From NCBI GenBank assembly GCA_964291675.2, contig OZ219866.1:2816001-2880000 (forward strand): a stretch of DNA of 64,000 nt, in the 5' to 3' direction. Under the pieces are notes generated by a model that saw nothing but the letters and a program-made list of their open reading frames with translations, had not been told where the DNA came from and made no database searches. Positions 41,195 through 49,813 of the stretch are shown one piece after another (position 1 is the stretch's first letter; every line of letters begins with the position of its first letter). Made by a program: the position numbers and the translations under genes. The stretch comes from Alphaproteobacteria bacterium. Its GTDB lineage: Bacteria; Pseudomonadota; Alphaproteobacteria; MPNO01.

Positions 41195-42973
41195 CTACCA
41201 GGAAAAGGTCGCGCGGAGGTCGATCGCGTACTCCGTCTCCCGGTCGTCGGCGGTATGCTCGCGGCGTGCCGCGTGCAGACCCAGGCCGCAGCGGGGCACG
41301 GCGCGGAGCCCCGGCTGCAGCCGCCAGCCGAGCGTGTATTCGCGCCCATCGCCGACGAGCTCCAGCCCGGCAGATATGGATTGGCCCGGCGATGCGTGGC
41401 GCAGGGACGCGTTGAGCCCGCCGCTCGTCCCCGCGCCGCCGTCTCCACCGTCGCGGACGAGGCCGACCCCGATCGACGCCGCCAGGCTGCGCCGGAGCCC
41501 CAGCCGAAAGACGCGCGAGCCGTCGAGCCCGAGCCGCAGACGGTCGATTTCGGCCTCCGGGGGATCGCCCCCGCCAACCGCGACCGCCCGGGAGCCGATG
41601 CGCATCGCATAGGCGTCCGCCTTCGCGGAAACCGCGAACCCGTCCGCCTCGTCCGCCGTCAGCAGCGCACCGCCCGCACCCACGGCGGCCATCGACATGT
41701 CCAGACCCGTCCGCCATCGTCCCGGCGGGTCTGAGCGAGCGGCGCCGTCGCCATCGCGAACCGTCATGTCGCCGGTCCAGAAGCCGAACGCGCTCCAGAC
41801 CCACAGCCGGTCATCCACCGCCAATCGCAAGTAGGGATGCACGCCGTGCAGCGAAGCCCCGAATCCGTGGACCCCGTCGGACATCCCCCCGTCCGCGCCG
41901 GACCCGTGCGACAGCGCCACGCCGGCGAGCAGGCGGCCGTGCTCGTAGTCGGCCCCCAACAGCTCCAGACGGCCCTCGCCCGGCGTGCCGCGCGCCCCGG
42001 CGAACTCCAGCGGCGCCGTGCGTCCCCAGCCCGACCGGCGCCCGGCGGCGTCGTCTCCGCCCGAGAACAGGAACGAGCTGCCGGACAGGAGACCGCGCCC
42101 GGTCGTCGACCCGGCGGCACTTTTCCCGGCTTCGCCTTCGGAGAGGCCCGGCATGTCCGGTGCCGACCCGCCGTGCGCATCCTCCTGCGGGCGCGCGCCG
42201 TCCGGACCCGGTGCGAGGTCGACGCGGTATCCGTCCAGGACGAGGTGCGGCTGCCGGCCGCCATCCGCCAGTTGCGCGCCCAGGAGGTCGACGTGCTTCG
42301 AGGCCACCGCACGTCCGAAGCCGGACAGCCAGGCGCCCGCAAGCGCGTCGTTGCCGGCGACGGCCTCCGGCACCGCGGCGCCGGGGACGCTCGTGCCTTC
42401 GTCGGCCCTGCGCAGATCGGAGCGGTTGCAGAGCGTGCTGAGGTCCGCGCAACAGTAGATCCAGCGGATCCGAAATTTGGTCTGACCCGTTCGCCGCGCG
42501 CCGTTATCGAGGTACAGCGTCCGGTCCATCTCCTCTTTCAGGTCGACCTTCGCGACCACCCTGCCGAGCTCCGGGCACAGGTTTTTCACGTAGAAGGTAT
42601 TTTGCCGGAACATGCTGTCATGGTTTTCCCACCAGGCGCTCAGGCATTCGGAGTCGCGGTGGCTCACCCTGTTGCTCTTGCCGCAGGCGGCTTCGACCGC
42701 CGCCGGCAGAACCAGCGCCCCGACCGCCAGCGCGAGCGACAGCTTGAACGGACGCGCCGTCCTCCGTTCGTCCGGCCCGGCGGGCCGGAATTTGCGGCTC
42801 TTGTCGTAAATCGCCCGTCCGGCCCCGCCCGGGAGACGGCCATCCGGCGGGGCGCGCTGCGATGTCGGGAAACGCGGCCGGTCGGATGCCGGCAAGGATG
42901 TGGACATCTGCCGCTGCGAACGACCCCATCGTCCGTTCGGATGGCGGCCCGGATTGCCTTGCTTCTCGAACAT
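41195..42973 (-). CDS. Autotransporter-like outer-membrane beta-barrel protein with a small Cys-rich passenger (start uncertain)
   Basis: Signal-like hydrophobic stretch ending AVEAA, 6-Cys domain, AWLSGFGRAVA linker helix, amphipathic strands (LGADYE, VHPYLRL) and C-terminal aromatic residue (LRATFSW). Confidence 0.65.
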   Translation of the reverse strand: MFEKQGNPGRHPNGRWGRSQRQMSTSLPASDRPRFPTSQRAPPDGRLPGGAGRAIYDKSRKFRPAGPDERRTARPFKLSLALAVGALVLPAAVEAACGKSNRVSHRDSECLSAWWENHDSMFRQNTFYVKNLCPELGRVVAKVDLKEEMDRTLYLDNGARRTGQTKFRIRWIYCCADLSTLCNRSDLRRADEGTSVPGAAVPEAVAGNDALAGAWLSGFGRAVASKHVDLLGAQLADGGRQPHLVLDGYRVDLAPGPDGARPQEDAHGGSAPDMPGLSEGEAGKSAAGSTTGRGLLSGSSFLFSGGDDAAGRRSGWGRTAPLEFAGARGTPGEGRLELLGADYEHGRLLAGVALSHGSGADGGMSDGVHGFGASLHGVHPYLRLAVDDRLWVWSAFGFWTGDMTVRDGDGAARSDPPGRWRTGLDMSMAAVGAGGALLTADEADGFAVSAKADAYAMRIGSRAVAVGGGDPPEAEIDRLRLGLDGSRVFRLGLRRSLAASIGVGLVRDGGDGGAGTSGGLNASLRHASPGQSISAGLELVGDGREYTLGWRLQPGLRAVPRCGLGLHAARREHTADDRETEYAIDLRATFSW

Positions 42974-43315
42974 GCTAGCGTTCCTCACGTTGAGGGCGGC
43001 CGGCCGCATGTCCACTGACTGCATGAGGGCATATGGGGCGGCGAAGCGCGGCGTTCCAGTGCGGGCGGCAGGAATTCCGGCGGGGGAGGAATCGCGTACC
43101 GCGCGGAGCCGCCTTCCCGTCGGCCCCGGGCTCGCGAATCGCGTCCGGCCCCCGCGCTACCGTACCCGGTTTCCGCGCCGCCGCGGGCGTTCCCGCCGGT
43201 ACCCCCCGGACAGGACCCCCGACCGCGACGGTCCGGATCGGGGGAGACGGTCACTCTCGCGTTCGACGCCCGAAACGCCCGCCGCTCGTGAGAAATGCCG
43301 GTAGGGAAGTGCCGG

Positions 43316-44110
43316 TCAAACCGACAGCCAGCCGCCGTCGATGGCGAGCGTGTGGCCGGTCACCATCGAGGAGGCCGGGCTCGCCAGATAGAGGATGCCG
43401 CCGGCGAGCTCTTCCGGCTCGCCGAGGCGGCCGAGCGGCGTGCGCGCCTCGATCTCGGCCACCACCTCGGGGCGGCGCTGGCGCATGTCGGCGCCCAGAT
43501 TGGTGTAGAAGAAGGTCGGCGCGATGGCGTTGACCCGGATGCCGCGACCGGCCCATTCGACGGCGAGCGAGCGGGTCATGTTGACGATCGCCCCCTTGCT
43601 CGCCTGGTAGGGGATGTGCGGGAAGATGGCGTTGGCCCGGAACCCCATGATCGAGGCGATCGAGACGATCCGCCCCTCGCCCTGGGCCAGCATGTATTTC
43701 GCCGCCCGCCGGGCGCAGACGAAGGCGGATGTCATGTTGACCTCGATCACGCGGTCCCAGTCCTCGTCCGCGAAGGTCTCGGTCGGCCCGCGGCGGGCGA
43801 TGCCGGCGTTGTTGATCAGGATGTGAAGCCCGCCGAACTGCTCCGCCGCCGCGTCGATCACCGCGTCGATGCGCTTGCGGTCGGCGACGTCGAGCCGCCA
43901 GGGCTGGGCGATCCCGCCGGCCGCGCGGATCTCGTCGGTCACGCGTTCGGCCGCCGCCTCGTCGATATCGGTCACCGCGACATGCGCGCCCGCCCCGGCG
44001 AGCGCAAGCGCCGCGATCCGCCCGAGCCCGCCGCCCGCCCCGGTGACCAGCGCCGAATCGCCGTCGATCCGAAACAGCGTCTCGATCGAGACCTTGTCGA
44101 ACCCCGCCAT
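43316..44110 (-). CDS. SDR oxidoreductase
   Basis: TGAGGGLG, INNAG, YQASK and IDGG motifs. Confidence 0.88.
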   Translation of the reverse strand: MAGFDKVSIETLFRIDGDSALVTGAGGGLGRIAALALAGAGAHVAVTDIDEAAAERVTDEIRAAGGIAQPWRLDVADRKRIDAVIDAAAEQFGGLHILINNAGIARRGPTETFADEDWDRVIEVNMTSAFVCARRAAKYMLAQGEGRIVSIASIMGFRANAIFPHIPYQASKGAIVNMTRSLAVEWAGRGIRVNAIAPTFFYTNLGADMRQRRPEVVAEIEARTPLGRLGEPEELAGGILYLASPASSMVTGHTLAIDGGWLSV

Positions 44111-44134
44111 GCCTGCCTCCGTGTTCTTCCATCC

Positions 44135-45532
44135 TCAGCCGTCGAGCGGCGGCCGGCGTTCGTTGAGGCCGGCGGCGCGCTCGAAGGCGTGGGCGGTGCG
44201 CAGCACCGTCGCCTCGTCCCAGTGCCGCCCGGCGATCTGCGCGCCGATCGGCGTCCCGTCGGCGAAGAACCCGGCCCGCACCACGTGGCAGGGATGGGCG
44301 GTCAGGTTGAACGGGATGCCGATGGTCGGCACGTCGATGAAGGGGAAGGGCTCGGTGTCGTCGAGCGGCGGCGCCGGCGTCATCATGCCCGTCGTCACCA
44401 CCGCGTCGCAGCGCGCCAGCACCGCTTCGAGCTCGGCCAGCAGCTCGGTCCGCCGGCGCTGCGCCTGGATGTAGTCGACGGCGCGGAACAGGCTGCCCAG
44501 CATCAGCCGGTTGCGCGCGAGCCGGCCGTACTCGTCCCAGCGGGTCTGCAGCCGCTCCTCGTGGATCGCGAAGGCCTCCGCCGGCACCAGCACGCGGCCC
44601 ACCGCATGCCAGTCGATCAGCGGCGAGACCGAGACCTCCTCGATTTCGGCGCCGAGCCCGGCGAGCGTCTCGGCCACCCCGTCGATCGCGCGGACGATCT
44701 CCGGCGGCGAGGCGAAGTCGTCGGTGTAGAAATGCCGGATCAGCCCGATCCGCAACCCCGCCACCCCGTCCTCCAGCCCGGCGAGATAGTCGGGCACCGC
44801 GACATCGGCGCTCATCGGATCGCGCGGATCGTGCCCGGCGAGCGCCTGGAGCATGATCGCGGCGTCCTCGCTGGTCCACGCCATCGGGCCCACGCAGTCG
44901 AAGGAGTAGGTGAGCGGCATGTCGCCATAAGCGCTGACCCGGCCGATGGTGGGCTTGAGCCCGGCGATGCCGCAGAACGCCGCCGGCAGCCGGATCGAGC
45001 CGCCGGCATCGGTGCCGAGCGCGCCGAGGCAGAGCCCGGCGGCGACCGCCGCGCCCGACCCGCTCGACGACCCGCCGGTGATCCGCCCGGTATCCCACGG
45101 GTTGAGCGCCGGCGGGAAGGGCGGCTCGGTCGAGGGCCTGCCGCCGAAGGTGAACTCGTAGGTGTTGAGCTGGCCGAGCGGGACGGCGCCGCCCTGCTTG
45201 AGCCGGGTGAGGACGCCCGCGTCCTCGTCCGCCTCGAAATCGAGCATCACCCGCGAGTTCGAGGTGGTCTTCCTGCCCTTCCAGTAGAACACGTCCTTGA
45301 GCGCCACGGGGATGCCGTGCAGAGGCCCGAGGTCGTCGCCCCGGTCGAGCGCGTCCTCCGCCGCGCGCGCCGCCGCCATCGCCTCCTCGGCGAATACCGC
45401 GTGGTAGCAGTGCAGCGCCCCGTCGTAGCGCTCGATGCGTTCCAGGCAGAGCGCGGCGACCTCCACCGGCGACAGGGTGCCGTCGCGGTAGCCGCGCGCC
45501 GCCGCCGCGATGCTCGGCAGCTCAGCCGTCAT
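44135..45532 (-). CDS. Amidase-signature family enzyme
   Basis: GIPVALKD, GGSSSGS and GTDAGGSIR (Ser-cisSer-Lys triad). Confidence 0.9.
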   Translation of the reverse strand: MTAELPSIAAAARGYRDGTLSPVEVAALCLERIERYDGALHCYHAVFAEEAMAAARAAEDALDRGDDLGPLHGIPVALKDVFYWKGRKTTSNSRVMLDFEADEDAGVLTRLKQGGAVPLGQLNTYEFTFGGRPSTEPPFPPALNPWDTGRITGGSSSGSGAAVAAGLCLGALGTDAGGSIRLPAAFCGIAGLKPTIGRVSAYGDMPLTYSFDCVGPMAWTSEDAAIMLQALAGHDPRDPMSADVAVPDYLAGLEDGVAGLRIGLIRHFYTDDFASPPEIVRAIDGVAETLAGLGAEIEEVSVSPLIDWHAVGRVLVPAEAFAIHEERLQTRWDEYGRLARNRLMLGSLFRAVDYIQAQRRRTELLAELEAVLARCDAVVTTGMMTPAPPLDDTEPFPFIDVPTIGIPFNLTAHPCHVVRAGFFADGTPIGAQIAGRHWDEATVLRTAHAFERAAGLNERRPPLDG

Positions 45533-45719
45533 CGGCCGGGGCCGGCGGGGTGAAATGCGGCAGCGTGCGGACTTCCCAGCTCCGTCCCGGGCGGCGGGTG
45601 CGTTCCGCAAGTTGCATCAGCGTGGCGTAGGTCTTGCGAAGATCCGCCTTCTCGTCCTCCGAGACGGGCACGCCCGAGGCGTCGATCAGCGCCTCGAACA
45701 TCGCATCCCGGTCGCTCAT
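45522..45719 (-). CDS. 65-aa protein coupled to the amidase (possible AtzG/GatC-like partner)
   Basis: GAGGAG RBS, ATG 10 nt after the upstream amidase stop, overlaps the downstream amidase start. Confidence 0.6.
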   Translation of the reverse strand: MSDRDAMFEALIDASGVPVSEDEKADLRKTYATLMQLAERTRRPGRSWEVRTLPHFTPPAPADDG

Positions 45720-45729
45720 CGCGCTCTCC

Positions 45730-47157
45730 TCAGCCCACGGGGTCGATCGGCGTCGCGACCGGGGCGCGCGCCTCGATCGCCTCGCCGGCCGCCAGCAGGC
45801 GTTCCTCGCCGAACCGGGCGGCGACGATCTGCACCCCCACCGGCACCCCGTCGGCGAGGCCGACCGGCACCGACAGCCCGGGCAGGCCCAAGAGCGAGAC
45901 CGCCAGCATCGGCCGGTGCGCGTCCAGCATCTCGCGCATCGCGTCGTCGCCCTTCTGGTCGTGGTCGATGGGGTAGGGGCGCTGCCACGACACCGGCATG
46001 ACCAGGATCGGGTAGCGCTCGAAGAAGCCGTACCACTCGCGCAGCATGGTGGTCCGCGCCGCCAGCGCCCGGACATAGGTCTCGTAGTCGAGGTCCCCGG
46101 CATAGGCGCGGACCGAGCGGCGGGCGCGTTTCACCGCCTCGTCGCCGTAGCGCTCGATCCCGCTCGACGAGGCGGCGCGCTCGGCCGCCGTCGCCGCGCG
46201 CTCCTCGGCCATCAGGATCGGCCAGAACAGCCCCGCCGCCTCGTCGAGCCGGGGCGGGCAGGCTTCCTCCACGTCGTAGCCCGCGTCCTGGAGCCACGTC
46301 CCGGCCTGCCGCACCGCCTCGGTCACGGCGGGATCGGCGTCCACGCCCGGCAGGGCGGTCAGGATGGCGGCGCGGCTGCGACCGGCCTCCGGCTCGCCGA
46401 GCGGCATTGGGACCCACCAGGGATCGCGCGGATCGGCGGCGGCCAGCGCCGCAAGGCCGAGGCGGATGTCGCCCATCGAGCGCGCCAGCGGTCCGTGCAC
46501 GCTGGTCATCTGCGAGGAGATGCCGCGCTCCTCGGCGGCCGAGGGGTTGAAGTCGGGCACCCGGCCGAGGCTCGGGCGCAGCCCGGCGACGCCGCAGGCA
46601 TAGGCCGGGTAGCGCACCGAGCCGGCGCGGTCGTTGCCGTGCCCGATCGGGCCGATGCCGGCGGCCACCGCCGCCGCCGCCCCGCCGCTCGACCCGCCGG
46701 GCGTGCGCCCGGCATCCCACGGGTTGAGCGTCCGCCCGTGCAGATCGTTGTCGGTGAAGTAGCGGGTCGAGAAGCCCGGCACGTTGGTGCGGCCGAGGAT
46801 CACCGCCCCCGCCTTGCGCAGATTGGCCACCGAAGCGCTGTCTTCCTCCGCCGCCATGTTGGCGAAGGCGGTCACCCCGTTGGTGGTCGCCCGGCCGGCA
46901 TAGTCGACATTGATCTTGACCGTGACGGGGACGCCGTGGAGGGTCCCCGGCGCCTCGCCCCGGCGGATCGCCGCGTCCGCCCGGTCGGCGGCGGCCAGCG
47001 CCTCGTCGGCCAGCGGGTCGACCACGGCGTTGATCCCGGGGTTCACCGCATCCAGCCGGGCGAGGCAGCTCTCGGTCGCCTCGCGGCTCGATATCGCGCC
47101 CGTCCGGATGCCCCGGACCAGCTCTTCCGCCGTCCAGCGCCAGAGTTCGTCGCCCAT
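45730..47157 (-). CDS. Amidase-signature family enzyme
   Basis: HGVPVTVK, GGSSGG and GNDRAGSVR motifs; GGAGG RBS. Confidence 0.9.
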   Translation of the reverse strand: MGDELWRWTAEELVRGIRTGAISSREATESCLARLDAVNPGINAVVDPLADEALAAADRADAAIRRGEAPGTLHGVPVTVKINVDYAGRATTNGVTAFANMAAEEDSASVANLRKAGAVILGRTNVPGFSTRYFTDNDLHGRTLNPWDAGRTPGGSSGGAAAAVAAGIGPIGHGNDRAGSVRYPAYACGVAGLRPSLGRVPDFNPSAAEERGISSQMTSVHGPLARSMGDIRLGLAALAAADPRDPWWVPMPLGEPEAGRSRAAILTALPGVDADPAVTEAVRQAGTWLQDAGYDVEEACPPRLDEAAGLFWPILMAEERAATAAERAASSSGIERYGDEAVKRARRSVRAYAGDLDYETYVRALAARTTMLREWYGFFERYPILVMPVSWQRPYPIDHDQKGDDAMREMLDAHRPMLAVSLLGLPGLSVPVGLADGVPVGVQIVAARFGEERLLAAGEAIEARAPVATPIDPVG

Positions 47158-47205
47158 CGCGGCCTCCCGGTTTTTCCCGCCTCGCCAAGTGTCTAGTTTA
47201 GGGAC

Positions 47206-47637
47206 ATGGACGCCTCGCCGGAAGAATACCCGCCCTGGGTGCCGCGCCTGCTGGAGGACACGCCGGTCGCCTCCCTTCTCGGCGCGCAAGCGCTCTCCTG
47301 CGACGCCGCGAGCGGCACCTTCAGGATCGGCTTCGAAGGCAGGGACGCGTTCTGCAACATGCTGGGCGTGCTCCAGGGCGGCATCGTGACGACCATGCTC
47401 GACATGGCGATGTCGTTCTCCGCCATCGCCCGGATGGGCCCCGGGTTCCGCGTGCCGACGCTCGAGTTGAAGACCACCTTCCTCGCGCCCGCCCGGCCCG
47501 GAAGGCTGATCGGCGAGGGCTGGCCGGTGCGGACGGGAAAGACCATCTGCTTCATGGAGGGGCGGCTGCTCGATCCCGACGGCGCCGTGCTCGCCACCGC
47601 CAGCGGCACCGCCCGGGTGTGGCGGGTGGGAGGGTGA
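47206..47637 (+). CDS. PaaI-family thioesterase (hotdog fold)
   Basis: NMLGVLQGG, MLD, TLELKTTFL and ATASGT motifs. Confidence 0.85.
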   Translation: MDASPEEYPPWVPRLLEDTPVASLLGAQALSCDAASGTFRIGFEGRDAFCNMLGVLQGGIVTTMLDMAMSFSAIARMGPGFRVPTLELKTTFLAPARPGRLIGEGWPVRTGKTICFMEGRLLDPDGAVLATASGTARVWRVGG

Positions 47638-47640
47638 GCC

Positions 47641-47732
47641 CCTTCGATACGCCCGCCTGCGGCGGGCTACTCAGGATGAGGCCATCCTCCCACACCCTCA
47701 TCCCGAGTAGGCCCGGAGGGTCGTATCGAGGG
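47641..47732. repeat. REP-like doublet (copy D)
   Basis: Same conserved arms; inner hairpin GCCCGCC-TGC-GGCGGGC. Confidence 0.9.
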
Positions 47733-47743
47733 ACGCCGCGCCG

Positions 47744-48967
47744 GTGAAGGCTTCCACCGCGTTGCGCCGGCCGGCCGCGCTGGTCGCCCTGGTGTGCCTC
47801 GTCGAAGTGCTGACGATGGCCGGTTTCGCGGCCTATTGGTCGCTGCTGCCGGTGCTTCAGCCCGCCTGGCAGATGAGCAACGCCATGGCCGGCTGGCTGT
47901 CCGGCGCGTTCTTCGGCGGCTACGTGCTCGCGGTCCCGTTGCTGTCCGCGGTGACCGACCGGGTGGACGCGCGCCGGATCGTCATCCTGGGTGCCGCGCT
48001 GTCTGCCCTCGGCCTGGCCGGGCTGGCGCTCTTCGCCAACGGGTTCTGGTCGGCCCTGCCGTGGCGCGTGATCGCCGGCGCCGGCCTCGCCGGCAGCTAC
48101 ATGCCGGGGCTCAAGATGCTGACCGACCGGCTGCCCCAGCCCCGGCACGCGCGGGCGGTCGCGTTCTATACCGCGAGCTTCAGCGTCGGCACCGCGCTCT
48201 CCTATTCGCTCGCCGGGGTCGCGCTGGAATGGTTCGGATGGCGCGGCGCGTTTCTGTTCACCGCCGCCGGGCCGGCGCTGTCCGGTCTTCTCCTGGCGGC
48301 GGCGGTCGTGCCGCGCCCGCCCGAGGCGGCGGCCGAGGAACGCAGCCACGTGCTGGACTTCCGCCCGGTCCTGCGCTCGCGCGAGACGATGGGCTACATC
48401 ATCGCCTATGCCGGCCACGGGGCCGAGCTGTTCGCCATGCGCTCCTGGATCGTCCCGTTCCTCGTGTTCTGCCTCGGCGGCGGCGCCTCGTTCGAGCTCG
48501 ACGCCACGCTGTTCGCCACCGTGTTCGCCCTCGTCTCGGTGGTCTCCAGCATCGCCGGCGCGGAGCTCGCCCTGCGCATCGGGCGGGCGCGGCTGATCGC
48601 CTGGGTCATGCTGGGGACCTTCGGGATCGGCGCCGCGGCCGGGTTCTCCTCGCCGCTCCCCTTCGCCGTCGCGGCGTTGCTGTGCCTGCTCTACTCCGCC
48701 GCGATCCAGGCGGATTCGGCGGCGCTCACCGCCGGTGCCGTGGCGACGTCTCCGGCCGGCCATCGCGGCGCGACGCTCGCGGTGCATTCGATATTCGGGT
48801 TCAGCGGCTCCCTGTTCGCCCCGGCGCTGGTCGGGCTGGTGCTCGATCTGGCCGCGCCGCTCGGCGGCGCCAACGCCTGGGGGCTCGCCTTCCTGGCGAT
48901 GGGCTCGATGGCGTTGCTGAGCTTCTTCTGCGCGCTCCCCTTCATGATGCCCCGGCGGGGCCGCTGA
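47744..48967 (+). CDS. MFS transporter
   Basis: About 12 TM helices; TDRVDARR loop motif and YMPGLK. Confidence 0.88.
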   Translation: MKASTALRRPAALVALVCLVEVLTMAGFAAYWSLLPVLQPAWQMSNAMAGWLSGAFFGGYVLAVPLLSAVTDRVDARRIVILGAALSALGLAGLALFANGFWSALPWRVIAGAGLAGSYMPGLKMLTDRLPQPRHARAVAFYTASFSVGTALSYSLAGVALEWFGWRGAFLFTAAGPALSGLLLAAAVVPRPPEAAAEERSHVLDFRPVLRSRETMGYIIAYAGHGAELFAMRSWIVPFLVFCLGGGASFELDATLFATVFALVSVVSSIAGAELALRIGRARLIAWVMLGTFGIGAAAGFSSPLPFAVAALLCLLYSAAIQADSAALTAGAVATSPAGHRGATLAVHSIFGFSGSLFAPALVGLVLDLAAPLGGANAWGLAFLAMGSMALLSFFCALPFMMPRRGR

Positions 48968-48975
48968 CCCCCGTC

Positions 48976-49800
48976 CTACGCGATATTTCGCAGCAGGTCG
49001 GCGATGGCCGGGCCGTGGGTCAGCGTCATCATGTGGCCGGCTCCGGGCAGGTCGACCGTCGACGTGCCGGGGATGGCGCCGGCGATCAGCTCGGAGAGGC
49101 GCGCGTGCAGCCGGTCGGTCGCGCCGCCCCGGATCACGGTGACCGGCGCGGCGATGGCGGCGAGATCGGCGGGGCGCAATCTCAGCCGTCCCACCGCATC
49201 GAGATTGACGGCGAGACGCTCCGGCAAAGCGAGCATCCGGCTCCGCGTCTCCGCGTCGAGGCCGCGCCAGTAGCCCGCCCGGGCGTTGAAGTAGTCGAGA
49301 TAGGCTTCCATCGCCGCGTCGTCGAGGCCGCCGCCGCGCACGGCTGAGATGAAGTCCCGGTTCCGCCCTTCGATCTCCTCCGCCAGGGCGGTCTCGCCGG
49401 CCTCGCGCAGCAGCGGGTAGGGCGCGGGCTCAAGCAAAGTGAGGCGTCCGACGAGCTGCGGCCATGCGAGCGCCAGCACCAGCGCCACCGTGCCGCCATA
49501 GGAGTGGCCGACGACATGGGCGCGAGCCCCGCCGTCCGGCAGCTCGGCGCGGATCACGGCGGCGGCGGCCGCGGCCTCGTCGCGGATGGTCATCGGTTCC
49601 GGGCCCGCGAAGGGCTCGGTCTCGCCATAGCCCGACGGGTTCAGGGCCGCCGTGCGGAAGCGGTCGTTGAGCCGCGCCGCGACCGGCCGCCAGATCGACG
49701 CGCCGCTTGCCCCCGGCGGCAGCAGCGCCATCGGCGGCAGGCCCTCCCGGCCGCCCGCCTCGTAGCTCACCCGGCGGCCGTCGCACTCGGCAAGCGGCAT
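48976..49800 (-). CDS. Alpha/beta-fold hydrolase
   Basis: GYGET, VGHSYGG and GAGHM motifs. Confidence 0.85.
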   Translation of the reverse strand: MPLAECDGRRVSYEAGGREGLPPMALLPPGASGASIWRPVAARLNDRFRTAALNPSGYGETEPFAGPEPMTIRDEAAAAAAVIRAELPDGGARAHVVGHSYGGTVALVLALAWPQLVGRLTLLEPAPYPLLREAGETALAEEIEGRNRDFISAVRGGGLDDAAMEAYLDYFNARAGYWRGLDAETRSRMLALPERLAVNLDAVGRLRLRPADLAAIAAPVTVIRGGATDRLHARLSELIAGAIPGTSTVDLPGAGHMMTLTHGPAIADLLRNIA

Positions 49801-49813
49801 GGGGCGCGGCGTC

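Noticed and set aside
42980-43315. Cobalamin riboswitch near the B12-related genes
   Set aside because: No B12-box or other conserved riboswitch core recognisable on either strand
44135-47157. gatCAB operon
   Set aside because: No gatB, and the amidases lack clear GatA-specific features
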